A stretch of 64,000 nucleotides of DNA from Lingula anatina (lineage: Eukaryota > Animalia > Brachiopoda): assembly GCA_051362555.1 (NCBI GenBank), contig CM120640.1, positions 39,038,788-39,102,787 of the forward strand. The letters are read 5' to 3'. A program made the position numbers and the translations under genes. Below the pieces are notes generated by a model. The model was not told the origin of the DNA. It worked only from the letters and a program-made list of their open reading frames with translations, and did not search any database. Shown here piece by piece: positions 1-14,376 of the stretch (within the stretch, counting starts at the first letter, position 1; each line of letters starts with the position of its first letter).

Positions 1-726
1 AACATAACATCCATGCACCCAATAGGTTTTTTACTTTAAAAATTGCATACTTTGAATGAAATGCGAATGTTAACATAATTAGGCACCATGTTACGTATTT
101 GAGTTTACACGTTGGTTTAGTCTCAGGGAAGAATATTTTTTAAAATTAATTTTGGATCATTTTAAGGAAAGGGCTTTTCAATAAGTCATGGGATCATTGC
201 AATTTAACATCGACTCATATAAATGTTACAGTATAACTTGTTATCATATTGACTTTTTCAATATCATGTGTTAACCATTCACTTTGTTAGAGAATAAACT
301 CTGCATTTAATTTTTGACGTTTTTTATTATTTCATTATCTTTATATGAATTGCGTGGCTTAATATTCTTGTTGCCCAATTACAACTGGACAGCATCACAC
401 ATATAATTCAATAAGACAAGAATTAAATGTATCATCTAACTTTTCATGCAAAATTTCATTCAGACATATAAAACACTCCAAATAAAATATAAAATGTCAC
501 TTTTATTTTGACAAAAAAAAATCCAAAAATTTAATTTCAAAAAAACCTACTCAGAAACTAGATATTACTCTAGACATTTTTCATTCACTACATCAGGTCC
601 TGTGAAAAATTTAGTTAGTTTCAAGTCCCAGTGGACAACATTTGTTTAACATCAATAACTACCTTGCTGTATTACACAGGATCATACAGGTATATCCATA
701 TCGAAATATAATAACAAAGATGTATG

Positions 727-3700
727 TTACCGATCTTCTTCGACTAGACCCTTCTTATTTTCCAGCAAGTCATTTGCTAAAGCCTTGAACCCTGGAGGTG
801 GTCTCCTAGGTTTGTTATCCTTTTTTAAATCATTGCTAAATGAGGCAGACAATGCACAATCTGTTCTAAAATCCCCTTGAGGATTTGAAGGGGGTCCCTC
901 CAGTTTAAAGCCGGGTGGTGGCCGGGTGGTTTTAACCACAGTTGCACTCAATTTTTCTGCAATTGAATTTAATGACAACTCATCATTTTTACCTCCTGTC
1001 TGGTCTGGTGTAGAATTTGCATTAGTTCCGGATTCATCTTCCAATTTGTTATGAGACTTGTCTCCGCTTTTCAATTGATTGGACTTGCCATGTGCATAAT
1101 TATTTCCATCTGAACTAGGTTTCTCTCTCCTTCTCCTGCCTGACTGTGGCCTAGAAGTCTTACCACGCTGGTGATGACCATTCACTCCATGATCTAAGAC
1201 TTCATCATCAGCACCATCTTTAGAAAAGTTTTTGTTGTCATGGGCTGGTTTACCCGTGTGGTATCTTCTGTTGTTTCGGCTATTTGTATTTGCATAATGA
1301 CCTCTTCCCTTACCTTTGGCATGTCCACGTTCTCTGTGGAACTGTCTGACACTTGAAGGACTGCTTACGTGGCCACCTTCAACTTTTGACTCTTGTATAG
1401 CATCTTTACTTTCTTCCTCTTCCTTCCTTTCCAAAAGGTGATCTTTGTCATTTTTGGTAATTGCCTCCTGATCATTTTCTGCTGTTTTCAGTGTTTTTTC
1501 TGGATTATCTGAAGCACTGTTCAATGTGTCTACTGCCCTGTTTCTGGTATCTACACCTAATTTTTTGAGATCACTATTTGGGTCTATTTCCTTCCCCTTC
1601 TCAACATTTTCATTTTGTAATCTTTTGTTACTGATTGCATCGTCTGTGGTTTTAAGATTTTCAGAGGTGGGTTTATCTTTTGCAGGAGCGGCTTTGTGTC
1701 TGTGCTCTCTTGGTGACCTTTGACTTGGCCTGACCTCTCTACGTCCTGAGTATGGTCTCCCTCTGCCTCTTCCCCTTTCATGATGTGAGTAAGTATGGCG
1801 TCCAGAGCTAGGTCTGTATCCTTTCTTTATTCCTTCATCCACCTTGTCACTATCAATACGCTTCTTCACACAAGGCTTATCTCCATCTGTCCCTTGCTGC
1901 GCAGGCGCCACACTTGCTGATTGTTGGGTATTTTCTAGTGCAACCAAGTTTGTACCAGATGATGACTGTAAAGAAAATACAAAGGATTTGCACATATCTG
2001 AAACCAAAATCAAACATAATTGTTTTGGGGAAAAACGATCCATCTTTATAAAAAAAGTTGGCAAAAATTATCATGAATACACATATGCATACTGTACAAC
2101 TTTATGTTTATTAATTTTGCCCCTTTATACATAAAAAGCCCTTCACTTACAGATGATATCAAATACTTGTTTTTTTCTTCTTCAAGATCAATGATCCCTC
2201 CTTTTGCTTTTTGTTTCAGAAGTAACTGTTTCATATTCTCTTGCATTTCTTTGAGTTCCTCTGTAAGGAAGAAGTGGTCACTCCCTGTTGTGGGTGGGAC
2301 TGCCTGGCGCAGAGAGTCTATATCAAAGGCTATTGGTGTTCTACACACTGGGCATACTGCCTATAGAAAACATTCCATTTTCTTTAATATACTCCATATG
2401 TTAGGGATATTCAGCATTTCATCACTTTTATCATTTCAGTACATAAGACCATCCCTTACAACAATATAAAATAAGACAATTTTTGAAATAAATGAGAGTG
2501 CAGATTCAAGATTCAAAGCAATTATTTTCCAAATTACTTATGTTCTGGAATAGTACTGTTCGAAAAAATACTGAACTTACTTCCATCTTTGGTTGCTGTA
2601 AATGAATAGCACCTAATCTTGCTTGTTCTTCCTCCTCCTGCTTAATCAATTTCATTGTATGATCTATGTGCCTGTAGAGACAGTGGCAGTGGAAGTAATG
2701 GTAGCAGTCAGTTCTTGTGAACTCCTCGTCTTCATGGAAGCACTCCAAACAGATCACACACTGACCATGAGGGATGTTGCCTTCTGTCAAGCTCTCTTTA
2801 GCAAGCTAAAATATATATTTTACATATCAAAGAATGGTAAATAAAAATCTGTTAATCAAGATCCCTTCTAACTGCAGCTTCATCTTGTGTAATGGAGGTT
2901 TAAAAAATCAAAATTCAACCTTATTTTTGAAAATTTCTTAAATTTAGAACACCTGTACCAACATAGATAAGCTTAAAAACTAAATTCAATGTTTTTGCAA
3001 CCAGTTTCAACTATTTAATCTTTTTAAAAAGTTAGTTAAGTATCATACGACTTTTACTACTTTATTTTTTTTACACTACTCAGTTATATTTTTACTACTT
3101 TAAAAAATTTGACTTGACCTTAGTTTACACTAAATTCTATTTGCATAATGATGTTTATTTTCACCAAATACCTCAATCAGTTCATAAAGCATAGGGCTGC
3201 CTTCTCTCTCACTTGCTAGGTCTTGTAGCTTTTGAAAAGTCCTAGAAAAGACAAAAATCTCTTGAAGTATGCACTACACTAGTTAGCAAAGCACATAAAA
3301 ACTTCAGAAAAAATATAAACACTGTATATATGTAATTAACCATTAAGCAAAATAAAACCACCTGTGTACTTTGTATCAATGTGTTCACATACATTTATTA
3401 AATCCACAACAATCTTAAATCATTGTTTTTATGTCCACTTTTCTATTCTGTACTACTGACCTGTTTATTTCTTCATCTGCTAGTCCTCTTGGGTTTTTTA
3501 TCATTATTTTGGGAGCCTCATCTGGATACTGAAAGACAGATTGTTATGTCTATTGTTGAAGTACAAATTCTTTGGTATTCAATTATTTGTATTATTAATG
3601 CAAACTGTAGATGAAACATCAACAGATTTTACGCAACCTAGCAAATGTTAAACAATTCTTTAAATCTCACTTTATAACATTTAAACCATTCAGATTGTTA

Positions 3701-5086
3701 ACAAGAAGAGTGACACTGTCATCATAAATTACAATTTATATCATGGGGAAAGTATGGTCAAGTTTTTATCTCATAAAGACTCATTCTCACCTCTGATGAC
3801 AACTCCATAACCAGGGTCAGACACACATATTTCTGTTCAACACTGTCCCCTGTAGATGGATGAAGACAAATGCTGATGACACAGGGACTAATCCTGAAAT
3901 GATATAATTTACAATCAATAACTGCAGTTACACTGATCTCAAAAGTACTGCTCTTTTTCTCAGCAAGTAAGAAAGGAGATAATGAGAACTGAATTTCAGT
4001 TTATCAAAGGCCTCCTCTCCTGTAATTGGCAATGCGATGAGGTAGGTTGTAACTTATAAATACACCAGGAGTCAGTGAGGTGTATGGGGCACACGCCAGT
4101 ATTTAGCACAAGTGGATGTCTCATATATATTCCTTTGACGAGTGGTGGATGCTGCATGCAAAAATTCAATCATGGTGGATCACACAGTGTGCATGAGAAT
4201 GAGGAACATCACATCTGTGTCTTTTGTTTTTGACACTTGCCAAAACATAAAATGTTTCAAACACAAGAATGGCAATAAATATGTATATTGCACCAAGTCA
4301 AGGATGCTGGTGAATTTAATATCTCTAACACCTTCAATATCACTCAAGTTAATTTACCCATGCTCATGGTCCACTAAAAGGTCATCTAGATAGATGGATT
4401 CCAACACTTCAACTTCCTCTTGTATAGATCTGTAATTAAAAAAATTACTTGATATAAAACAGAATATATTGAGGTAGAACAACTGTGTCTGGTCAGGTAT
4501 GAGCATGACATCCTACCTAAATGTTGAATCTATTCATCTTATATCTTGTATAAATGTACCAGAGGTTAATAGACCTGACCTTGAAGGTACAGTGTACGTT
4601 CATGTGCAGTTATCTGAGACAAATCTACAACATATATAAATAATGCACATAAGTTACACATAAAATGATATAATAGTTTGAACAGCAATAAATAAAATAA
4701 TAAAGTATATGGTTCAGGACTTCAGGAGAAACATAAAGGATAGTTAATAAATTCTAACACAGAGACAGACTTTTACTGCATTTCCTTCTCCTATATCTTT
4801 CAGATTCAAGCTTAAAAAGGGCATTACATGGAACAATTATGAATACCTTTGCACACAACAAGAACGAAACTTCTGAATACATTTACATTTGTAGTTAAAA
4901 AACTGGTGCAATATGTAAGAGTAATATACTCATTCAGCTGCCTTTAGCACCCCGAGAGAAGTTAATGAGGTCAGGATATGTGAATGCCTTTATTCATTAC
5001 AACATCCAAACAATCATATAAGGAATATGAGCTGCAATCACTTACTGGAGCCTTTGAAATTCTGGACGATTGACATCACCAGCCAT
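727..5086 (-). CDS. RNF25: E3 ubiquitin ligase RNF25 (RWD + RING-H2 + long disordered RG-rich C-terminus), multi-exon
   Basis: Exons read on the - strand: 5086-5046 MAGDVNRPEFQRL; ~4429-4358 SIQEEVEVLESIYLDDL (RWD start); ~3894-3791 CLHPSTGDSVEQKYVCLTL; ~3528-3461 YPDEAPKIMIKNPRGL (RWD YP..P motif); ~3242-3172 GSPMLYELIE; ~2806-2581 LTEGNIPHGQCVICLECF..CYHYFHCHCL (RING-H2); ~2360-2151 CPVCR..KGGIIDLEEEKNKYL; last exon ~1966-727. Introns are GT-AG. Confidence 0.92.
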
Positions 5087-5339
5087 CACCTGGCTCAGGG
5101 CTATCCACCTAACAGGTGTTGCAATGCAATAAGGAAAGTGTCCCCAAGACAAGCAAGATACTAAATATTTATATTTTACGAAAATTGCAACAATGCGTTG
5201 ATGTATAATTTTTATATTCAATGAGTAACATTTATTAATCAATCACCTCTTAATTTTTGCAATGATAATGATTAATGTCTAACTTTATTCAAATTTTAAA
5301 CTTTCTTTAGGCTTATCTTGCAAACCTTGATAAATTATC

Positions 5340-5460
5340 TCCAAGGGTAAACGTTCACTTCCGTAAGAGTCGATTATGGCGGATAGAAGGGGAGATCACC
5401 TGTATTCTGTTGACCATGACCAAAAACGACCGTAAGTGAAGTGCAAACATATCACACAGA
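5340..5460. promoter_or_regulatory. Probable bidirectional promoter between RNF25 and DNTTIP1
   Basis: The two start codons diverge about 800 bp apart. There is local CpG enrichment, an ETS-like CACTTCCG (~5356) and donor-like motifs on both strands, consistent with short 5' UTR exons. Confidence 0.5.
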
Positions 5461-5879
5461 GCTCTCTTAAACAGATAATTAAATTGAGAATACTATATCA
5501 AGGGTTGTGGAACTTAACAGACCAGTTTTTAAAAGGATATCATATTCCAGCAGATATCAGACTAATCAGTGTTGGTTCGTTTATTTAGATGTGTGCTGTT
5601 TTTGGAGACACTGATAAGCATTTGTAAGGCTATACAAGCCAGACAGACATTGGAATTACATATATTCTTGACCCAACATAACATGCATTGATTTAATAAT
5701 AATATTTTATTGAACACTTAACATTTTTTTACTAGTAATAATGCAAATTTGGAAAAAAAGTCTTAATTTATCTGTAGTTATGTTTGTTGTTATTTTATTG
5801 TTAATGTATATGATCAGTGCAGACCAGTGGTACCGATTTTATATCACAATTATTAATTATAGTTTTGTATAATGCTAGG

Positions 5880-8800
5880 ATGGTTATTCAGCATGTCCAG
5901 AGAAACAGACCCACACCACCACCACCACCACCTGTAGGCTCTCAGAGAGGGTCCAGCCCATACCCTCCAATAACTATACAAACACCAGAAGGTGCAGTGG
6001 GAATCCCAATGCAAGGATCTCCTATTATTCCATGGCAGTTACAGGGATTACAAGGAGCTGGGTTAAGTCCAGGTAGCTAGATGTGCTAACCTTACTGAGT
6101 TTTTTTGTATAGATATTCATTGGTATACATTAAAAAAAAACTGCAGTTTTTAAAAAGGTCTTGATTTCATGCTGTATCACTCTAATTAGGCAATAACTTC
6201 CATTTTATTTTAACTTATCAATTCTTAATGTACAGTGTTTATGTCCTTTACTCACATCTAAAAAGTAAAATTGTGCTTCTGATTCATGTCTTTATTTTCT
6301 TTTGGCTTCCTTTTTGTGCTATCTTACAAATACTGGGAGTGAATCATGTGCAGATAAAGATTAATGAATGTTATATCATCATCTGTTTTATTTCAACCAT
6401 GTACACCATTCTTTTTGTAGTGTGTCCTTGGTGCATTTCAATAGCGACACTAAAAACAATACCTGTAGAAATAACCAGGTGTGTTACACAGGGTGGTCTG
6501 TGGCACTTATCACCCTAAACCAGATAGCACAAAACATGGGGGAAATTTAGTTTTATATCCACTTTCTCCATACATGTGTGTTTATATAGCACCTTTCTCC
6601 TACTAGAGAACATAGCCTTAGCCATTCTTGAACAAACTGGTGGACCTCCCATGTTTCCCATGCATGGTTCACCATTGTCCAATTGGGCTGGGGTTTCACT
6701 AGATTTCTTAGAAGGAAGACTTGGTCCTTTGCATTCAGGTACAGCACAGCATGAAGAATGATCTGTAGATAATGTATTTAATTGAAAATTGGTTAATACT
6801 AATTGATATACCCCTTGTTTGGATTGAAATATTTGAAAAAAAAAAGTTGGCATCAGACTTTTGTTTGACCTAAAAGACATAATGGTTTATGCATTTTTGT
6901 AACTAAAGGTGTATTAAACATTGTGAAAGAAATTAAAGTGTGGTTAAGAGTTAGAAGATGGTCAAAAAATAAATTTTTGTTCCACTGAAAGGGGGCAATG
7001 ACAAATTTTAACAGCCAACCACTAAAACAAGTTGATTATATGCTTTAATTTCATGACCATATTCACTATTCGACATACAAGTAGGTATTTACATTTGATC
7101 CTAGATTAGCAGGGAAAATGTGGATAAAATCCAGGCATTTTCATTAAAAAGGGTTTTAGAGAGGTAACTGGAATTTGATTTATTTTTGAAGAAATGCACT
7201 TTTCATTTGCAGCTAGCATGCATTTTGACAGATTGTGCCTTTTCATTCATTTAGTGCACTGGGATTGAAATCAATCAGGCATTTAAATGCATACTAACAA
7301 GTTAGATGATTATTTTGATTGCCCATTTTAATTGAAATTTACGAAAACCAGTCAGTGAGAGGTGTTAGTGTACAGCTTGAGGACTTAAACTTCGATATTA
7401 TTCTTTGATATCATCCTGATGAAAAAAATTTTCACTATGAAGAATTTATTTGGAAAGAGAAAAAAATAAAGATTTTCCACATCTCTCCTGATAATAGATG
7501 TGATGTGGAATATTTTTTCAGGCCAGAGAGTGTCTCCACGCCCAAGAAGCAGAGAACCAGTGCAAAGCCAGACTCCACCTAGAGCATCCAGTAGGGGCAC
7601 ACCACCTGGCCAAGGACGCAGAAGTTCCTCTCCACTCCCAGCCCATAGTAACAGAAGCACCCCCACCAGTTATAGCAACCACGGCACACCCCCTGCCCAC
7701 AGTAATAGGGCCACGCCTCCCATGTCTGGTCCCTTGCCATTCACAACCAATCCTGGCTTGATGCCATCTCAAGGTTCGTTCCCTGTGGGGATGAATCAAG
7801 GTCTTGCACCAGGTGCTCCCCCTGGGTTGCCACCGTCGGCATTGCTAAGCCAGTACCTGCAGGGTTATCCCAACCAGCCCCCTTTGACCCACCCAGATGT
7901 CAGGAGGCTACAGGAGTTTTCTGGAGTACCACCCCCAGGGTTGCCAAGACCCCCTAGGGCACCGTCACCAGCGGGTATGGGTCATCGGCCACCACCACCA
8001 CTGCACCTGGCCCCACACTTGCTGCAAATCCCAAAGACTGAGCTGCCACTGATGGCACCCCAGCCCTCACATCTGACAAATGTGGCACAGCAGATGCTCC
8101 CTGAGGATCTCTCCAGACATGAGGAATTTGTGAAAAAAGAAATCAAAGAAGAGGAAGAAGAAGAACTTGTAGATATGGTAAATTGTGATGAGCTGACAAA
8201 AGATTGGCACATTTTTTCATTTGTTTTTCTGGTACTTATGAATCTTTGTGACAAAATTCATATTTATGTACATTTATTTCAATAACAAGCTGGAAATGGC
8301 AGATATAATCAAGAGCTGCACATTTTATTTCTCTTTCAGCCCAACCCCTTCAACATGAGACTGATGAACTTGAACAACTTTCCAGTGAAAGAAAACACTT
8401 ATCGTGCATCTTATAGGTCACAGACTGTCGCTGTGCATAGGGCAAAGTAAGTTCGTTGTGCATGTTTGTGCACCCACATGCTAATGATAAATTAATCACT
8501 GCCATAAAAACATTGGGATTTCATGTACTCTTGTTGCTTAAATGTATTTTTTTGTTCAGAATGCTTTTTCATTCAGTGTAATCTAAGTACTTCTTTCTTT
8601 ACCCATAACAGAACGCATGGATTTTGGTAAATATTAATGTGACTTTTAACACTGGTTCCCATTTAGGGCTGGTTCCATCACCAGTGCAGCAAAGTCTTTG
8701 GATATCTTAAGACAGACACTACAGAGAAGCATCAACAAGGAGCTGGATGCAGTTATACAAAAGTACATTGAAGTAAGATATCAGAGTAAAAATCTTAATT

Positions 8801-11800
8801 ATTAATATAATCGTCAGTGCAATACTTAGATCTAAGTTGTGTTAAAAAGAAGCAGTACTGATATAATGTGAGACATGAGAAGATAATTTGCAAAACAACT
8901 GCTATCAAATCACTTTCATTAAAAATTGTCTGTTAAAGACGTAGTGGGCAAATTTTTTGTATGAAAGGAGTGTTCTGTTATCTGTAATTATAGTTTGCCC
9001 TAATTTATATTATATTTTAATTATGTTCACTCCATTTACTAAAGGAAAATATAAAATTAGGAAGCATGCAATGGCATTTCAGAAATGGTCTTAAAAATGC
9101 ATGTGTATATTGTTTTGGATGAATAAGATGTAGTTCACATTGGACAAGACAAAAGTACTGAAAGTGCAGCCAAAATAAAACTCCAAGTAAGACGTTAAAT
9201 TTGTGATTATTATTCAGTAATCTCATCTTTCAGACATTTTTTGGTTCAGCTGTAGAAAATATAAAATTGAATAATGGTGAGAATTCTGTCTCTGATGACC
9301 ATATCCAAGCAGTTTGCAGGCAGATGTTGGAAGAGGTATGATAGAATTTGCTATACAGTCATCTTGACACAAACATGTTTTATTGTTCTTCAACACATAT
9401 AAAGGTCCATTTTTGGACAGTCATAAGTTAAAGATCGCTTGAAACATATTTACACGAGCTAAAAAGGAACAGACTGTGTTGGATGGGTCACATTGCAAAA
9501 GAGTAATGGGTACTGTTTCTTGAAATGAAATAAAAGATGGCTATGTTTTTGGTTGACAGATATGTTTTATTTGTTTCATTAGTGACTTGCATCCCTTGTT
9601 AAAGCAGTCTTTGGTGGCTATTGTTTCTGTTTTTATTTTCAGGCCAAAAAGATGTACATTCGTGAATCAAGGAGTCCCACACCAGTGAGAGATGGCTACG
9701 TGTCAGACAACCCATCTGAAGTGGGGAGTTTGACAGGGTCACATGCTGGGAGAAGAAGGGTATGACTGAATAGTTTACTATTAAAGAACTGACAACAGGT
9801 TTAGTTTATGTTATTATTGTACATTGATAGGAATTTGAACAGTGTTGTTGTACATTTTTCCTTGGTTCTTGTAAAAGTAGTCTGATAAATATTGCATAAT
9901 ATTGTAAGAGTTCAGACTGTGAAAAAGATTATGTTATAACTTTATTGCCAATGTTATGCTTGCAAAAAACATTTATTTACCTAAATATTTTGAAATATCT
10001 GATTTTGAAATTATAGAAAAGAAGAGGCTCAGATACAGACTCAGAAGCTAGTGTGCCAACAAAGAGAATTAATGTGTTCAAGGTAAGAAGAAGCAAATAA
10101 AACAAAACAGCAGAAATGTATTCAAATATGTTTTCTATTCAAGAATATTTAATTATAAAAAGGTTCAGAAAGGATCTGCAAAATCAAAGTAAAACATGTG
10201 ATTTGAAGCTAAATGGAAAATAAAAACATGCAAATGAAAAATGGCAACATGAATGCACATATTTATTCTCTTTTTCTCTTTTATTTAGAAAAAGGGAAGG
10301 CCCCCACTTTCATCAGGGTATGTTTCACAATAAATGGAAACTTGTGAGTAAAGATTAGTTTAACAGTGATGATCAGTTTGAACAGTGATATTTGTCAAAA
10401 AACCTTAGACAAAAATTGGTAATTAAGCTGACATTGTACCTTTGTGTTTCATAGAAGATCAACTCCATCAAAAACATCAAAAGCAGATAGTGTGAAGAGG
10501 GAAGGTCACAAGGTAAGACATCACAAACTTTTTTCAAGAATGAAGAAAATGAAGCATTTAGTACAACTTACCTTTTATTCTGCATTGACAAAATTAAAAT
10601 GCCTTTTAGGTTTCATGAAATGAGATCACATTATTGTTACGTTATTTTAGTGCAAGTCTTTATCTGCTTGCACATTTTCTATTTATTTTCTGTGACTTAA
10701 GACTTTCTTTTTTTTTTTTTCAGTGGGATGCTGACCGTTTAAAAGAAGATACATTGTTTATCATGGGGTCAAAAGCTAATAAGTATGTTTTATATATCTA
10801 TGTAAACCGACAACTAAAATAATATAAAATATAAATGATGGAACAATATTTCATATTCTAAATTATCCACTTTATTTATTTTTCTACAATGAAGCTGTCG
10901 CATTTGTTTACATGTATTTTTCTATCCATGAAAAAGGGCATTAGGTCTTGGAGCTACTCGAGGACGACTGTACATCAAACATCCTGATATATTCAAGGTT
11001 GGGTGTTTTTATTTTTTGCTCATTTACTTCACCTATTTATAACACAACATTTTCTGTAACTGATGTAAGCATTTTATATTGATTCAGAAGTACTTTGAAT
11101 TCCTATTAATTACTAGATGTGTATTCAAACATTTTTTCATGTGTGAAGCTTTTATATAGTAGAAATTAAGAAACTTGACACTTTTGTTTGCTATCTCTAG
11201 TATTCTGGAGACCAAGATGATAAAGTGTGGCTTTATGAAAACCATAGAATGCCAGCCACTGGAGGAAAAGCTTATCTTTTACTGGTGGAAGATATGCAGG
11301 AACTTATTGAGAGCTCAGAGTACAGGTATGGTAGCACGTGGTAAAGCACGTGGACCCTAGTTTCAAAGCCAATGATGACACTTTCTTTATTTTCAATTTC
11401 TGTAAGTGCTCATGTGTCACATTTGAACTTTAGGAGCATTTTTTGTGTTAAATGATTGACGCGTAACGTGACAGGTACAAATGTTACATAAGTCTGTGAA
11501 GTTTGTCACATGGCCTTCTTCATAACCACAAAATCTGGATTATTGGGTGTGCCTCAGTATCATTAACATGCATGCACCCAGTGTATGAAGGTTTGAAAAT
11601 GAAAAATCTGAATTGTATCAAATCTGAAACTCTGGGTAGGTGCACATTTGTTTTAACATAATTCAGTTTTTTTCCAGAAAAGATTAGTCTTGTAAGTTTA
11701 AATTTTATAGAAACGATCATTTGTCTTTTCACTGCACATATTTCACAACAGGTGCAAATGTAGCAGTAGATAAAAGTTGTACAAAATTTTTGAAACTATT

Positions 11801-12940
11801 TTATATAAATCACAATTCTTCTTTCATTGGAATTACAGTGTATCTCAGCCTTTGTTATTTTCCAGTTACAGCCCTAGTCAGGGTATGTGGATATTTATTT
11901 TTCTTTCTCATTTCCTTCATTTCAGAGATAACAGCGGGCTGATGCCAGAGCTGATCAAAGGTTTCACAGTACCAGACTGGATGATAGAGAAGATGAAGAT
12001 CCAGATGATGGCCATGAGGACAGATAAAGGGAAGAAGGACAGGAGCAGGTCAGCCACACCCATGGAGACCAAGACCAGCAACCAGGTCATGGAGGTGAGA
12101 TTACTGGTGATTTATATGGTGATTTACACATTGGTGTAAATGTTAAGAAATAATGGATAAAGAGGTCACATTATAAAACTTAAAAGGTGATCTGTTTATT
12201 TAAAAAACTAACCATGGTTTTGAATTTTAGTCATTGATTTGTGCTTTCTTTTGGTGTCAGCAGACCAGTTTTTCTGTGAAAAGTTAAGCTCTTGGTGTGA
12301 TTTTATTGCATTTTGTTATCTGTGTACACGAGTTTGGTAATTATTTGATTCCAGGAGAATGCAGTGGATGCAGATGTGGAATCTGATAAACATTTACCAT
12401 TTACAAATGAAGAAAGCTCACAGGTCACATTGGGAGCCTGCAAGAGGGAACAGCAGGTTAGCTTTGGAAATTTGGTATATTTCTGTCAGAAAATGAAATT
12501 GGTTGTTTTTGTTTTGACCTTGAGTTTAATTAACAATTTTAAATTGAATTGACTGTCAACATAAATTTGAAATTATTATAATAAAGACATTGTAAATTTT
12601 TACGGCTGTTCACCACAAGTTTGAAAAAATCGGTGGACCCCTTTAGTAATGGAAAGAGTCAAAAAGTCTATGCTAATTATAGCAATATTGGATAATAGAG
12701 AGTGTAGAGAAATATTTGAAGAGATGAAGTGCTTTGTATTTCCAGCCATCTCCGGCAAATACAGAAGAGATGGAACTGCTGTCTTCACATGGAGAGGAGG
12801 ACAACCCATCGCCATTTGGTATCACAGGCGGATTTGGAGGGGTTAGCCCTGCGCCAGGGGGGTCTCCCTCAACTTCAGACTTACTGGATGATGCTGCCCC
12901 ATTAACTGGACCTTTTGAATTACAATATGGTGGACATTAG
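5880..12940 (+). CDS. DNTTIP1: Deoxynucleotidyltransferase terminal-interacting protein 1 (MiDAC subunit) with a Pro-rich N-terminal extension, multi-exon
   Basis: Exon peptides: PNPFNMR (8340), SLDILRQTLQRSINKELDAVIQKYIE (~8695), VCRQMLEEAKK, WDADRLKEDTLFIMGSKANK (10724), ALGLGATRGRLYIKHPDIFK (10937), YSGDQDDKVWLYENHRMPATGGKAYLL (11201), FTVPDWMIEKMK. These match the DNTTIP1 dimerisation and SKI-like domains. Stop codon at 12938-12940. Confidence 0.92.
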
Positions 12941-14376
12941 AATAATTTGGTGATGTTGTTTTCAGCTTGTCTAACAAGAGTAGGTGCTAAATCAAGAGGA
13001 AGAAGTTTTAGGAGTTTTAGTGACACCTGAACTGGAACATCTGTGATGGGATTATTGAAGATCTGTGTTGATTTAAATAGACAAATAGACTTGACAAGTC
13101 TTCATGAATGTTCTTTGTTACTTGCTGGTCAAGGATTTATAAAGATTTGAATGTTAATGCTGGATAAGCAGCTGCTTCGCACAAGAAAAGAAACTGTTTG
13201 ATAGTAATAATTTGGATTATAACAGTGGTTTTATATGAAAATGAATTTTAGACTACTGTTGTTAAGATGGCTGGTTGATATTTTTATAGAAGTATTGTGC
13301 CGTGAATATTGTATGGAAGGGTTTAAAATTTCATTAATAATATATATTTTAAATATATTGTGTAAAGATATTAAAAGTTGTTTGTAGACCATATACACAT
13401 ATTGCTTTGTATTCAAAGTATATTCTTTAAAATTTTTATCCTGGTGGTTGAATCATCATTTACTTGAAAAAAGCCCCTGTCTCCTATTACTCCTTGCCCT
13501 GTTCGATTTTCAAGGGTTGAATGCATTAGTCACGAAATGAAAAAAAAGTGATAAACTTGCCCAGTAATATTGTTATTGTTTTTGATAAAATTCAAAATAT
13601 TAATTCAAATTTTTGAGCCTGTCTCTGATGTTTAATTGATGAATTATGTGTTTGTGTTTATGCTGTGAAAGAATGCATGTGTGTATGCTGTTAAAGTTGA
13701 CAATTCCCAGAAACTAGCTCTGAAACAATACACAACATTGCATTTTGTCAAAAAGTTTTGAACATGAATTGAAGAATAAACCCGAGGTTGAGCAAGTCAC
13801 CTCTACACAGGCATCCATCCAGCAGGTCTTATTTTTTAATCTTAAACAAAGTGGTATTGATCTTCATTGAACATTTCATCGACTTTGAATACGTTCAATT
13901 CAGTTTGTTTGTACCATCTCCGTAGAGACGTGGTGAATGCACAGTGATTTTTGTGGCAGACACTATTTTCAAAATGAGTGAATAGAAATGTTCTAAATGC
14001 CAACGCCCTATTCGTGGTCATGAAGGTCTACATGAGGAATATTGCCCATGTGTGAACACTTTGTCAGAAGATTTCGAAAAACAACCCATGGCTTCGACTT
14101 CAGGTGAGAGTGAAACTGACCAGCCGTCAACTGCTGCTGCTAGTGAACCAGTCGAGATAGAAAAGAAGAGAAATGAGTTTTTCCAGTTCATATTAAGGTA
14201 AATAAGGATAATGATTGTACTAATTTTTGGCTTGTTTGAATACGAAACTTATATTACCCTCTGCAAAGGTTGCAGATTGATTTTTCAGTAGATATTCAAT
14301 ATATTTCTAGCTAATTCATGGCACAATTTGCATTATAAAAAAGAGCACAGTCTTCGACTCAGATAGAGGGTTAGGC

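Noticed and set aside
10782-10936. Purine-rich acceptor (atgaaaaag) in DNTTIP1 suggesting a U12 intron
   Set aside because: The donor is gtatgttt rather than gtatcctt, and no TCCTTAAC branch site is visible; probably a weak U2 intron.
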